64,000 bases of DNA, taken from assembly GCF_001194135.2 (NCBI RefSeq), contig NC_068987.1:65173369-65237368 (forward strand). Reading direction: 5' to 3'. This DNA comes from Octopus bimaculoides (Eukaryota). Each line of letters starts with the position of its first letter. Positions within the stretch are counted from its first letter, which is position 1. This document shows positions 24,635-37,614 of this stretch, piece by piece. Under the pieces are notes generated by a model, which had not been told where the DNA came from, ran no database searches, and saw nothing but the letters and a program-made list of their open reading frames with translations. The position numbers and the translations under genes are program-made.

Positions 24635-25016
24635 ATGGCACTCCATTGGTTACGACGATAAGGGTTCCAGTTGATCCAATCAATGGAACAGCTTGCTCCT
24701 GAAATTAATGTGCAAGAGGCTGAGCACTCCACAGACATGTGTACCCTTAACGTAGTTCTTGGGGAGATTCAGCATGACACAGTGTGTGACAATGCTGGCC
24801 CTTTGAAATACAGGTACAACAGAAACAGGAAGAAAGAATGAGAGAAAGTTGTGGTGAAAGAGAACAGTAGGGGTCGCCATCACCCCCTGCTGGAGCCTTG
24901 TGGAGATTTAGGTGTTTTCGCTCAATAAACACTCACAACGCCCGGACTGGGAATCGAGACTGAGATCCTACGACCACGAGTCTGCTGCCCTAGCCACTGG
25001 GTCATTGCTCCTCCAC
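24635..25016 (-). mobile_element. tRNA-derived SINE, family C
   Basis: Minus-strand tRNA-like head gtggaggagcaatgacccagtggctagg..ctcgattcccag and a 3' region (..ctgaatctcccc..gtgctcagcc..caactggaac..) shared with a second copy at about 55296-55626(+). Confidence 0.8.
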
Positions 25017-25380
25017 AATGAAACAGTAAATGCTGAAAAATATAATATTGCTCTCAAGTAGACAAAGACATAGTTTATATGGATCTGTAGATTATGTCTA
25101 ATCCTTCTACTAGTGTTATATACCATAGATCTGCTGGGCCACTGTTGATCCGAGATTAAACAAGTTTATCATCGCAACACACACCCTCACCATTGCTTCC
25201 ACTATTACCATGATTAATACCACCCCTATCACTAACTCAAACACTACTAGCACTGCTGACATAAGTACTACTAAACTGGCCCGCCAGCACTACCACTGCG
25301 GGTGCTACTGCCATTATTATAACCTCAACACATCTGGAAATAAGTAAGTGGTAAAAACGATGTAGCGTATGTATGTATAC

Positions 25381-25458
25381 CTTGGCTTTGTTGACTCTGT
25401 CTTTCTTGAGGATTGAAATCTTGTCTTGATAACTTTTGGTTGATATTGCTTTGGTACT
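25381..25458 (-). CDS. DZIP1: DZIP1 coding exon 13 (STKAISTKSYQDKISILKKDRVNKAK)
   Basis: ctctcatttacag|AGT ... AAG|gtatac; 78 nt, phase 0/0. Confidence 0.85.
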
Positions 25459-27246
25459 CTGTAAATGAGAGAGAGATTAAAAACTGGTGCATGATGGAAA
25501 ATCTGCTCTGTAGCTCCATGTCAGAAAAAAACAGAGGAAAAACTTTTACTAGAGCTCACAACTTAGATATTGTATTGTCCTGGTTAAGCTATACTGTATG
25601 TTTTATTCATCATCATCATCCTCATCATCATTTAGCACCCATGTTCCATGTTGGCATGGGTCAGACGGTTTGACAGGATCCAATTGGGTTTGAGGATTGC
25701 ATCATGCCCTAAGGTTTTGTTTGGCATGGTTTCTATGGTTGGATGCCCTTCCTAACACCAATTACTTAACATTGTGTACTGATATATTTCTCATGCCACC
25801 AGCACTATTGAGGCGACCATGCAGCTTACAGGACTATGAGACCTGAGGAAGAATGTGCTTTTTTTTTGGGGGGGGTTAAAGTATGAGAAGTGGGTGTGTA
25901 GAGAAGGTTGTTGTAGAAGAGCTGCATGGATATATTTTTAGAATACTCTGTTTGCAAAATGAATTTCCTTTTTTTTAGACTATCCCCAAACAGAGAATCT
26001 AGCAAACATTGATGTTTTCCCCTTATACCTAGGGTGAGCAAAAAAAGGTCTGTTTTTAGACATTTGTAATTTTATTTTTATATGTTTATGTTATGTTTCT
26101 TTCCAATATGGCTACTCATGCCAGAGCAGCATGAAATGTCTGGCTCTTCTTCACTAACTCATGACACTACTCATTTTTTTTTTTGCTTCTGGTCACTTCA
26201 TTACTCCCCACCCAACTCTGTCTCATCATTTACTCTCTCCACTGCCACCCTCTCACAACAAATAAATCTGTTTCTCACATCATACTTTAACTTCTCTCAA
26301 TGCTCACCTAAAGACTTCATCCACTCTCATATTCTCTGTTGGTTGTGGAGGCTCTTTAGTCTTATGAATTACATGGTGACTTCATTAGTATTAGTGCCAC
26401 AAAAAAGCACTCAGTCCACTCTGTAAAGTGACTATTGAATTGAGAGGAGACAACACAGGCGTAAGAGGATTCTTTTATCTAACCAAGGATAAGTCAACCT
26501 CTATAGTGCCAGTACCACAAAAAAACAAAAAAGCATTCTGTACACCTTGTAATGTGGTTGGTGTCAGTTTCTACTGCTGGGTAGCCTTCCTATGTCAAAA
26601 ACTGAGATGTTTGAGCAAGGTATGCATCTCTGACCAGTTGAGCCCTGTCAAAGTATCCAACCCATGCCAATATGGAAAGGATTGTAAAACGATTGTGATA
26701 ATGATGATAATGATGAAGAAAAGCTTCGTCTTTGAGATGGAGTTTTGGCAATGTGTGTAAGTGATGGAAGAGGGACTCACCATGAAAGATCACCATTTCA
26801 CTAGTTATACAAGATATTTAATGCTGGTGCCACATAAAAAGCACCCATGCCGGCATCATGTAAAAGTACCCAGTACACTCTGTGAAGTGGTTGGCATTAG
26901 AAAGGATGTCCAGCCATAGAAAACATGCCAAACAGACGACTGGTGCCTAGTGCAGCCATGCCAGCATGGAAAACAGACATTAAATAATGATGAAGAAGAT
27001 GATGATGATGAGTATATCTTAGGTTAACTGAAGAAGAGCAGATTGAGACTGCTCAACAATAACTAACATCCCCAAATACAATAACCGTTTCAGAGTTTGA
27101 ACTTATGACTGGTTAAAAAACTACATTTATGAAGACCTCCACACTGTGTAGTTATGTCAAAATAACTATAGAGCTGGAGATGAGCTCTAGTTGGATCTTT
27201 GCATGACAAGTAATGTAAAAGAGATTGAGTGATAAAACAAACATAC

Positions 27247-27373
27247 AGCAGGGAAACCAATCTTCTCCAGTTTCTCAGTCAACAGATCGGCCATTTCTGA
27301 TTTCATTTCTTTTAAAATCTTTGGATTTTCAGATACTTGCTTGTACATCTTTTGCATCAGCTCATTGTATGAT
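27247..27373 (-). CDS. DZIP1: DZIP1 coding exon 12 (SYNELMQKMYKQVSENPKILKEMKSEMADLLTEKLEKIGFPA)
   Basis: tttctttcttag|A ... GCT|gtatgt; 127 nt, phase 2/0; L.EKLE..G motif of the family's central domain. Confidence 0.88.
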
Positions 27374-28047
27374 CTAAGAAAGAAACAAAAGAAACAAAAA
27401 AAAAAAAAATAGTAGTAGTGACCACACACAGTCACAATAATACATTAAGGCATGCTTATAAAAACTGGTAGGGAAATCAAAACAAACTGAACATAAAGAA
27501 ATAAAAAGTACATTTCTTTAATTGCCCAGGAAAATATTGAGAGATTATCTAAACACAAGAATTTTGAGACTGAGGTGAAAATCTATGTGAAAGATATCAG
27601 TCACTATTAGGCCATTTGAGTGATGACAACAGACAATATAAATAACTCCACAAGAATCCAGACAAATACATCACCAACATAGTTATTGTTGAACAGTCTC
27701 AGCTCTGCTTCAGTTAATCTAAGGTAACTGGAAGCTTGGTTGCAAATCTACAAATCCATCCACTACATATCTATTCATGTGTGTACCCATAAGTCTGTAT
27801 AATGTATACACTCGGTCATGTTGTAGTTGGTTGTAGGTAATGTAGTATACAAACCATAGAATGCTGTATCTGTTTTGGTCAACAGTTTATTTACAAATGA
27901 CATGAATAAAGGCAGTGTCCTTGGCTCAGACAGACCATATAGTGTTCAGTGGTAAGGATCATTGCTCTTCTTGATTAAACATCAAACAGAGCAGACATTC
28001 TAGGGAATATTCTCTACTATACACACACACACACACAAAACACTGCA

Positions 28048-28085
<38 letters not shown>

Positions 28086-28696
28086 ACAATGCAACACCTG
28101 GTGTAGGAATGGAAACCATGATCTCTCCATCATGAATGCATCACCTTAACCACTAAGCCACACACTTTCATGTGTGTATGTAAGACAGGATGTTGGACTT
28201 GTTGCCTTCAAGGAAATATATTGATTTCAAAATTTGGTACAAGGCCAGCAATTCCAGGTAAGGAGGTAAGTCATTTACATTGACCCCAGTACCTGACTGG
28301 TACTTATTTTATCAACCCCAAATTACTGAAAGGCAAAGTTGACCCTGGTGGCATTTAAACCCTGAATGTCATGCCAGAAGAAATGCTTCTAAGCATTTTG
28401 CCTGGTGTGCTAACAATTCTGCCAGTTCATTTCCTTATAAAGGAAAAATATTGGTTTCAAATTTTGGCACAGGGCCAGCAATCACATTGACCTTAGTGCT
28501 CAATTTATTTATTGACCTTGAAGTGATAAAAGGCAAAGTTGACCCAGGCAGCATTTGAACTCTGAATATAGAGTTGGAAGAAATACCACTAAGCATTTTG
28601 CCCGGTGTGCTAACCATTCTGCCAGTTCACTGCCTTATAAAAGAAAAATATTAAAAAAAGACTGAGGTGGGAACGCTAAGCAGTGATGTGTATAAA

Positions 28697-29079
28697 TGTA
28701 ATGTTATTACCAGTTCAAATATGCCAGTGGCAAGCTCGAACTTATAAACAAGTCATTCACTGTGTTTTGTCAGTGAGAAAATTTATTTACAGCCAGCCAC
28801 TGATTAGTGCTACCAGCTGACATACAACAACTGGAATAACATAAGAAAGATTGTCTCCCTTATCAGCTCCCACCATCTGGTTTTTGTGACTGAAGAGGAG
28901 ATCACCATTCTGAAATGCTTGTAACTCACAATCTGGATAGGTAGCACTGTGAGCTGGTTTAGGTGTATTTACACCATTCATTTGTAGCAAGAAATTTTCT
29001 CCATAACAAAACACAGTGGATGGCTTGTTTACGAGTTTGAACTTCCCACTGGCATATTTAAACTGGTAATAACATTGCA
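28697..29079. mobile_element. Foldback MITE with about 88-bp terminal inverted repeats
   Basis: 28697-28784 is reverse-complementary to 28992-29079 with scattered mismatches. Confidence 0.8.
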
Positions 29080-29516
29080 TTAAAAAAAGAATATTATTCC
29101 TAGTAATTTTCCCCATTAGCAAGATACCGCAATTTGTAAGTCAACTTAATTGGTTGGTAGAGGGCTTAAATTAAACACTACAAGTCCAGAACATTCTTTG
29201 TTATAACACTCTACCACATTTGCCATTAGCTTATATTATCAGAACATGTATTACTGTATTCAACTCAAACCCACACTGAAAGATGACATGATTGAGTCTA
29301 ACATCAGACATCAATGAAATGAGAGTCTGACATAATCAGGTAAAGTTCACAAAGCACTCAAGTTAGGGTCAGACACTAACAAGTATTAGTGGAAAATTTT
29401 TTGCTATTGGAGCCTGGTGTAGCCATCCGGTTGCACCAGTCCTCAGTCAAATCGTCCAACCCATGCTAGCATGGAAAGCGGACGTTAAATGATGATGATG
29501 ATGATGATGATGATGA

Positions 29517-30500
29517 GGTGGTAAGGACTGATCTCAGGAAGTTGGACTTCATGGAGGAAATGACCATGGACCGAGATGTCTGGTGATATGAAGTTCTTGA
29601 GAAGACCCACCCACATCAGCGAAACTGAGTTCTAGAAGCGCTGTGTAGAAAACTTCTCACACACTCTACCACAACAAACCAAACTACGTCTCTAAATACC
29701 TTCACTTCATCACATTTCTGCTTCATGTACTATGATTACCTCCCACTCCCTAATCTTGTCCTCTTGGCCTAGTGCCACTGTATCATCGCTCTCTGCCTGC
29801 TTGCCCCAACCTGTGCATTCTACACACATGTCTTGTCTCACTCTTATTGCCAAATGCTAGCCCCCGACCTGGGTGTTCTACCCACACGAGAAAACTTTTC
29901 CCTCACTCTACCCCAACAAACCAGTTTACATCTCTTCTCTTTCTCGCATTTCCTCCTTCATTCACTATGTCGAGCTCTCATTCCCCAATCCTGTTCTCAC
30001 ACCCCTGCACCTCTGCATCATTGCTATCCGGTAGCCCGTCCAACTCCATATATACCCAGGTCTTTCACCACTTACTCGCACTCTTTAATAGCACTCCCTT
30101 CGCAATATCCTGCCACTTATGTCATGGCATTTGAACCTCAAGCGTATGCCCTGGCACTTGCCACTATCTATACCTCTCTCTTCCTTCACTCAACCATCTT
30201 ATTTATACTCTGATCCCCATTCCTTATGAGCAGGCCCAGCATTTTGCCACCTTCTCCATCCTGCGGTCTCCCACTCTCTCTCTCTCTCTCTCCCTTTCTC
30301 TGGCATTTCCCTCAGGCTGGGCAACCATGTATTTTCTTAGCAGTAGCACACCTGTTTCTGTCTTCATTCCTGATCTTTCTCTCTCCGGCTGGGTAACCTT
30401 GTACTTCCTCTTCAGCAAGACACCTATATCTGTCTCACTATAATCTTTTCGTCACCACCTCTTCCAATGCCTCTTCCTCTCTTAAAAGTTTTTGTCTTGC
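29517..30500 (+). mobile_element. RTE-like LINE 3' end with long pyrimidine-rich 3' UTR
   Basis: EVVRTDLRKLDFMEEMTMDRDVW*YEVLEKT resembles the LINE ORF2 C-terminus. Related ORF2-end fragments at about 33480-33540 (WLGHVVRMKENR) and 55050-55290. Confidence 0.6.
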
Positions 30501-30926
30501 AAGTGCTTGGTGACCCTATCAGTGCAGGTGCTGCTTAAAAGCACCCAGTCTACACTGTAAAGTGGTTGATGTTTGGAAGGGCATCTAGCGGTAAAAACCT
30601 TTCCAAAACTGAACTTGCCTGTACATGTGCCACATAAAAAGCACTACTCACCTTTCCTGTGCTTGTACCACATAAAAAGCACTACTCACCTCGCCTGTGC
30701 TTGTACCACATAAAAAGCACTAAGTCCACTCTGCTGAGTGGTTGGTGTTAGGAAGGGCATCCAGCTGTAAAAATCCTGCCAAAACAGTCACAGAAGTCCG
30801 GTGCAGGCCTCAGCCTGGCAGGCTCTTGTGGTACCATCCCACCTATGCTAGCATGGAACACAGATGTTAAATGATGATGATAATGATGATGATACATGCA
30901 CATATGAAATAAAAATATTAACTCAC

Positions 30927-30963
30927 TGGGTATCATAGAGACTGTTTTGGGTACCATGGTCAT
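30927..30963 (-). CDS. DZIP1: DZIP1 coding exon 11, 37-nt small exon (DDHGTQNSLYDTQ)
   Basis: ttatatttcag|AT ... CA|gtgagt; phase 1/2, exactly what is needed to join exon 10 (phase 1) to exon 12 (phase 2). Confidence 0.78.
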
Positions 30964-31075
30964 CTGAAATATAAATAAGTTACATGATACTTAATTATAA
31001 CATTTTTTTGCCTCGGCCCTAACAAAAGAATGTTAGCTGCTATAGAAACTCAAATTAAGTCTGCTGTCCCACCCA

Positions 31076-31129
<54 letters not shown>

Positions 31130-31800
31130 TGGAGAGGATTTCACTACACATCTTCTCTCAACAACAGGTGCTTCATTGGTCACTACATGTAAATGAAAGT
31201 GGGTGGGTGTCGGAGTTTCACTTCACATTTGTTATGCTCAGTAACAAGAGTGTTAACTATGACCAATGTAGGTGTCAGGGAACCAGAAGTACATTCTATG
31301 TCATTTACTCTCAGTAACAGCCAGGGTCCCACTCGTTTCATTGCTAGTAATATATGTAGGTTACAAAAATGTAGTTCTTTGTGGGTTAGAAGCGTCACAA
31401 TTGATGACTACCAGGTTTGTTAAGAACTTTCCTCTCTTATACATTTCTACAATACAAGAACCTTTAATATTAGTTTCAAATTTTAATACAAGGCCAGCAG
31501 CTTTGGGGGATGGGGCAAGTCGATTACAACAACCCCAGTACTCAACTGGTACTTATTTTATCGACCCCGAAAGGAAGAAAGGCAAAGTTGATCCAGGTAG
31601 CATTTGAAATCAGAATGTAAAGCTGAAAGAAATCCTGCTAAGCATTGTTTTCTGGCACAATAATGTTTCTGCCATTTCAACTCCCTAAAGTTTATTGCTT
31701 GTGCTAGCTGAGAATCAAATCCAGGCTGCTCATGTGGCAGGTGAGCATTCTACCACTGAACCACCAACATTTCATAAGAACTTTTAATACTTCAACCATA

Positions 31801-32023
31801 TTAACCGTTTAGCATTTAAACAGGCCATATCTGGTCCAAGTATTCTGCCTTTCTCATGCTCAAAGTGGCTAAGTCTAGCTTTTCATACCTACCCTACAAT
31901 GTCATACTAAAAATAAACAATCAGTCATCTAAATCTTGAAGCTACAAGATAATGCAGGATTAGTTTAAAACAATATAAATATACACTGCTTTTGATAAAA
32001 TAATTTGAATGCTAAAGGGTTAA
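31801..32023. mobile_element. Second piggyBac-like TTAA MITE family
   Basis: ttaaccgtttagcattt ... aatgctaaagggttaa. An oppositely oriented degenerate copy lies at about 48132-48345. Confidence 0.7.
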
Positions 32024-32449
32024 TCTCACTTATCTCATATCTAATATACCTCCTGGAACAGCAATATTAGACAAAAAGCTATTGCTTATTCTGTTTCTTT
32101 ATAGTTTTTATACCTTCTTGCATTTCTCATTTCATTTTATATTTTACCTTATCAAATAAACTGGTGTAATGTCTTTGATAACTACACACTGCCTCTTAAT
32201 CTTTCTCAAAATTATGAAGTTTCTGATGCCATGACAAAAGTAAAAAGGTCTTTGTACTATGACAAAAGCAACGTTTCTTAGAAAATCTACATAATTCAGG
32301 TTGAAACTGCAGCCCATTGGCAAACCTAACCATCCTCGTTGTGACAATTAAAATAAAATGGCATGCCCAATGACAACACAATCCTATCACATAAATTACT
32401 TGTCTAACTGATGCTATCATGGAGAACCAGATATAAATTTAATCTTTAC

Positions 32450-32687
32450 CATCATTAGTTCTTTCTAAATCTTCTTCCTCATCTTCATCATCATCTTCTT
32501 CTTCCTCCTCCTCCTCCTCCTCCTCCTCTTCTTCTTCTTCCTCCTCCTCCTCATCATTGTTATCATCCTCTTCAATGTTTTCAATTTCCTCAACCATATC
32601 TATTACTCTGTCAGCATCTCTATCCTTCACTGGAGATATGTGAAAACTGAATGTGTCCACTGATGCTTTCTTTTCCAAAGGAAGAGT
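32450..32687 (-). CDS. DZIP1: DZIP1 coding exon 10, acidic poly-Glu exon (TLPLEKKAS...E19...LERTND)
   Basis: tttttgatag|ACT ... G|gtaaag; 238 nt, phase 0/1; matches ORF 32439..32678. Confidence 0.82.
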
Positions 32688-34665
32688 CTATCAAAAATAA
32701 AAAAATTTAAAAAAAAATTAAAAAAAAAGAAAATAGAGTGAAATCTAACATAACAAACTGCACCTCTCTGATGTAATGATTCTTTACACATATAATATAG
32801 AGAAATGACAAAAAAACAGATCTTTAAGAATATTTATCCAACTCAAAACTGATGGTATTTTGTGCTATTGTCATCTCAGTATTATAATTATTATCAGAAT
32901 CGTTAGCACACTGGGAAAAATGCTTAGCAGTAGTATTTCGTCTGCCAGTACATTCTGAGTTCAAATTTCACCGAGGTCAACTTTGCCTTTCATCCTTTCA
33001 GAGTCAATAAATTAAGTACCAGTTGGGTACTGGGGTCAATCTAATCGACTGCCCCCCCCTCCCTCAAAATTTCAGGCCTTGTGCCTATAATAGAAAGTAT
33101 TATTATTATCAGATTGTATGGTGGCAAGCTGGCAGAATTGTTGGCATGCTGGACGAAATGCTTAGCAGTATTTCACCTGTTGTTCTGTTCTGAGTTCAAA
33201 TTCTGCCGAGGTTGATTTTGCCATTCATTCTTTTGGGGATTGATGTAATTGACTAGTCCCCTCCCGCCAAATTTCAGGCCATGTGCCTTTAGTAGAAAGG
33301 ATCATTATTATAAATTTGTGAAACATGGCTGCTTTTACTGTTGGAATTTCAAAAAGGTGGAGAATTTCAACAAAAGCTTCATGCCACCTCAAATATGAAA
33401 TGAAATGGAAGGACTTCAAAACTAACAATGCTGTCCAAGAAAAATCCAGAAGTCAAAGCATTGGATCAACTGGAATGAAATACGAGCTTTGATGGTTAGG
33501 ACATGTGGTAAGAATGAAAGAAAATAGATTTTCCTTGTCATAGACTCTTCAGTGAATTAACCATGGGGATGTCCTTTCTGCTGTTACAAAGATCAGTTAA
33601 AAATCAACCTTCAAAATGGTTGAAAATGAGACAAAAACATGGGAAACTGAAACTCAGAACCATTCCAATTGGCATAACTCCATCATTACCACCACTGTAA
33701 CTGACCTTTTTGAAGCCAAAAGAAAAAGGAAACTGTAAAGAACATAATGAATGCGTGATGTACATGAACATGAAGGAAGCACTCATTCAGAAGGAAAGTG
33801 TAATTCTCAGGCATAAGAAACAGCCACCACCTCTGCCAATATTTTACATATCATCATCATCATCATCATCATCGTTTAACGTCCGCTTTCCATGCTAGCA
33901 TGGGTTGGACGATTTGACTGAGGACTGGTGCAACCGGATGGCTACACCAGGCTCCAATCTAATTTGGCAGAGTTTGTGCTGATATGCACACACATGTATG
34001 TAAAGGCTGTGTGGTTAAGAAGTTTACTTTACAACCACATGGTTTGGGGTTCAGTGCCACTGTGTGGTATCTGGAGCAAAACAGAGTCTTCTACTACAGC
34101 CCCAGCTCAACCAATGCCTTGTGAGTGAATTTGGTTGATGGAAAACTGCAGTAAGACCTTAGAAGCTATGGTAAATAATTGAAGTCAATAATTCAGGTTA
34201 ATAGTAAGTAGTTTGGCACCAAGTAACTTGTGCTTCTGAAACATATCACTTCTTTACAATTACCAATAAATCATAGGACCCTTGCTGCACTATAAATTTC
34301 AGCTTTTAAATGTTATAATTCAGTTTATTGTCAACATATACAAATACAATGAAAGGCTGTTTACATTTAAAGTTGTCAAAACAATAATTAATGTGTAAAG
34401 CAGCAGACACTATCAATATACAACGACAGAAGAAAATAATGTTTCTTGCTAATTTTGATACAAAACCAGCAATTTCAGGTGGTGGGGAAAATTGATTACA
34501 TCGACCCCAGTACTCCACTCATACTTATTTTATTGACCTTGAAAGGATTAAAGGCAAATTTGACCTTGGCAGTATTTGAATTCAGAACATAAAGCCAGAA
34601 GAAGTACTGCTAAGCATTTTGTTAGCTTTACAGAAAAACATAATAATAATGGTAATAATAATAAT

Positions 34666-35189
34666 GTGGCTCTCATGGCTTCTCATCCTAACTGATTAGA
34701 AGTGTTATCATGTACATTGTTTCTTCTTGGTATAAAAGATGGGCTATAGCAAATATTCTGCTCAATACCACAGATTTGCTTGTCAGTTGTTTCACCTTAA
34801 CCAGCTGAGCATGGCCCTTAGTGGCTGACAATATGTGCATCTCTGATCACAAGCAGAAGTAGTGAGGAAGCATAATAGTCATGTGTCGGGAGGAATTCTT
34901 TGGGGTTTGGATAATTCACCTCATAGGTGTTTCATTCAACATCCTTAAACAACCCTTATTCAAGGATCTTTTGAGTGGGATGGGCTACTCGACCTGAAGA
35001 AAATTCTAACAGGGCCCCACCTGTAAGGTCCTGCTCTGTTAATCTTGATATGAGATCACCATGTCATGTACATATGGTTGTGATGCACATTCCAGGTGTA
35101 CCCATATCAGACGGGTAGTCATGATGGGTATACTGAGCTTTGTATATTTTACCCCAGTGTCACTTTTATGGCATGCACTGCTCTCACTC

Positions 35190-35222
<33 letters not shown>
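34666..35222 (+). mobile_element. (AAT)n-tailed interspersed repeat, family E (probably a LINE 3' UTR or SINE)
   Basis: Flanked by AAT microsatellites. Homologous copies at about 35531-35755(-) and 51750-52155(+). Confidence 0.7.
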
Positions 35223-35223
<1 letters not shown>

Positions 35224-36230
35224 GTCATAAATAATAATCATCCTTTCTACTATAGGCACAAAGCCCGAAATTTGGTGGGAGGTGGGGGGGGGGCAGTCGA
35301 TTAGATCGATCCTGTACACAACTAGTGTTTAATTTATTGACCCTGAAAGGATGAACGGCAAAGTCGACCTCAGTGGAATTTGAACTCAGAATGTAATTAC
35401 AGACGAACTGCTGCTAAGCATTTTGCCTGGCATGCTAATAATTCTGCCAGCTCGCCACCTTAAATAATAATAGTAATGTAATGATTTCTAATGTTGTTGC
35501 AGGCCATATAGCAGCATTTCATCTGTCTTCATGTTCTGAGTATGTCTTTATGTACCAGAGGCGAGTTATTCAAATCACAAAGACTTCCTCTCAGCACATG
35601 GCTATGATGACCCCTCCCCACTACTTCTGCTTGTAGTGAGAGATGCACATATTGCCAGCCACTGAGAGACATGCTCAACTGGTCAAACAACTGACAAGCA
35701 AATCTGTGGTACTGAGCAGAATATTTGCTATAGCCCATCTTATTATTATTATAATGATGATTATGTAATGAAATTGGCTCGCTGGCTTAACCACTCTATT
35801 AACAAAGATTTTCTAATGTAAGCACAAAACCACAAATTGAAATCAGATCTAATACTTGACTGGTACTTATTTTATAAACCTTAGAAGGATTAATGGTAGA
35901 ATTAACTAGGATTAGATTTTAACTCAGAATATAATAGGGAAGTGACTAAATACTACATGATATTTTGTCTGATGCGCCACCAATTATGCCACTCCACTAA
36001 GCTATATTATAAATAATCAAGTCAAAGAGAGTGTCTCTATGTCTTTCCTTGACCTGTAGCCAAATTTCTTTCAGAAAACTCCTAACATCTTAGAAAAGAG
36101 CATGCTCAACTAGATAGTGTCAATGACAAGCACAACAAAACTAACACATCCCTGCCCCCACAACATTATTACTCAAATCTAGAGACATGTTACCAGACAG
36201 CATTAAAGATACTCAACAGACAATACATAC

Positions 36231-36347
36231 CTGTTTCTTTGATATTGCTGACTTTTCAGACTTTTGGAAGAAGTTCAGCTTCCTTTTAGCAGCTTTGGTC
36301 ACAGTGGGGGCCTTCTTTTTGTTCTGCTGGATTTTCTCCTGGCTCTT
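36231..36347 (-). CDS. DZIP1: DZIP1 coding exon 9 (KSQEKIQQNKKKAPTVTKAAKRKLNFFQKSEKSAISKKQ)
   Basis: gatcttag|AAG ... CAG|gtatgt; 117 nt open, phase 0/0; basic low-complexity segment. Confidence 0.8.
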
Positions 36348-36480
36348 CTAAGATCAGACAATTTAGACACACATACCAATGATTTGGAAAGACACAGTAT
36401 ATTACAGGTATTTAATATGTATCAAATATAGCCAAATATCATGTATATTCGAGCATTGCAATTAATACCTCCAAGTGTAT

Positions 36481-37000
36481 ACACAATTATCAGTCACTCT
36501 GATGATGTGGCCAGTCCAGCATAACTGAGCCTTCAACAATATTATTGAACCAGCTGTGTCCAATGCTTCTTGGTTTGTCACTGTCCTTCCAGCAAATATG
36601 CCCATGATCCTGTGCAGTGCCCTTGTGTGAAACTGTTCCAGCTGTTTGATATGCTGATGGCATGGGGGTCAATGTTTCACATCCATAGAGTGGAGTAGAG
36701 ACGATTACAAGGAAGGCCTAAACTAAGGTACAAAGACATGCTGAAAAACAACCTCATTAGTCCACTGGAACTTGAAGCCTCTGCCTCAGGCAGATCAACA
36801 TGGAGGTCTCTCACCTCATAAGCAGTAGCTGCCTTTGAAGAGGACCACAAAGTAGTGTCTACCTCAATCCAGTCAACAGACTATCACTGTGACATCTATG
36901 GGTACCTGTGTGCTTCCAGCTTTGGATTGCGGAGTCACATGCACTAATCACTGAGAACACAAACTTTGTCATCGTTGGACAGAGACAGACCATCAACAAG
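36481..37000. mobile_element. RTE-clade LINE fragment with inverted 5' part
   Basis: Minus 36481-36687: YGCETLT..HIKQLEQFHTRALHRIMGI..VTNQEALDTAG..LLKAQLCWTGHIIRV. Plus 36688-37000: GRPKLRYKDMLKNNL..RSTWRS..YHCDIYGYLCASSFGLRSHM*. Confidence 0.8.
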
Positions 37001-37124
37001 TATATAACATGAAAATAATGTGTAATAAAATATTTACCTGAATAAGGCACTGCTCTGCTGCAAATAAACATTTTACATTGCACAAATAAAACTCAGCAAT
37101 ATGCAACAGCAGCTATTGCTGCGG

Positions 37125-37480
37125 TTTACAGTGAGGTGAATATCTCTCTGTGGTACCTAGTAACAGCTAGGTGGGCTGTACCTCATTGTGGTACCTACTT
37201 GCATTTATGTGGACTGTACTTCACTGTGGTACCTTCTTACAGTTAGGTAGACTATACCTCACTGTAATCTCTATGTACAGTTGGAGTGAATCTCACAGGT
37301 AACTACTTACATCAAGGTCAACTGTACTTTCCAGTGGTACTTACAGTTTGGTGTACAATATCTCAATGTGGAACCTACCTACTACTTGGTGGAATCTAAT
37401 TCACTGTGGTATCTACTTACAGCTCAGCAGTCTGCACCTCACTGTGGTACTAACTTTTGGGTAGATGGAATCTACAGAAC
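37125..37480 (+). repeat. Degenerate about 38-41-bp minisatellite (cactgtggtacctacttacagttaggtggactgtacct-like)
   Basis: Recurring ctgtggtac/ctcactgtggta words at roughly 40-bp spacing. Confidence 0.7.
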
Positions 37481-37614
37481 TATATAGTTAGCAGTTGAGA
37501 CCTCACCAAAACACCCAAAGCAGTTGTGACTGTTTCATTCATGTAATTTGCAACAGAACAGATTTTGAACAAACAGTCTTCTATGCTAAAAGAAACTTTA
37601 TCATCTCAACTGAC

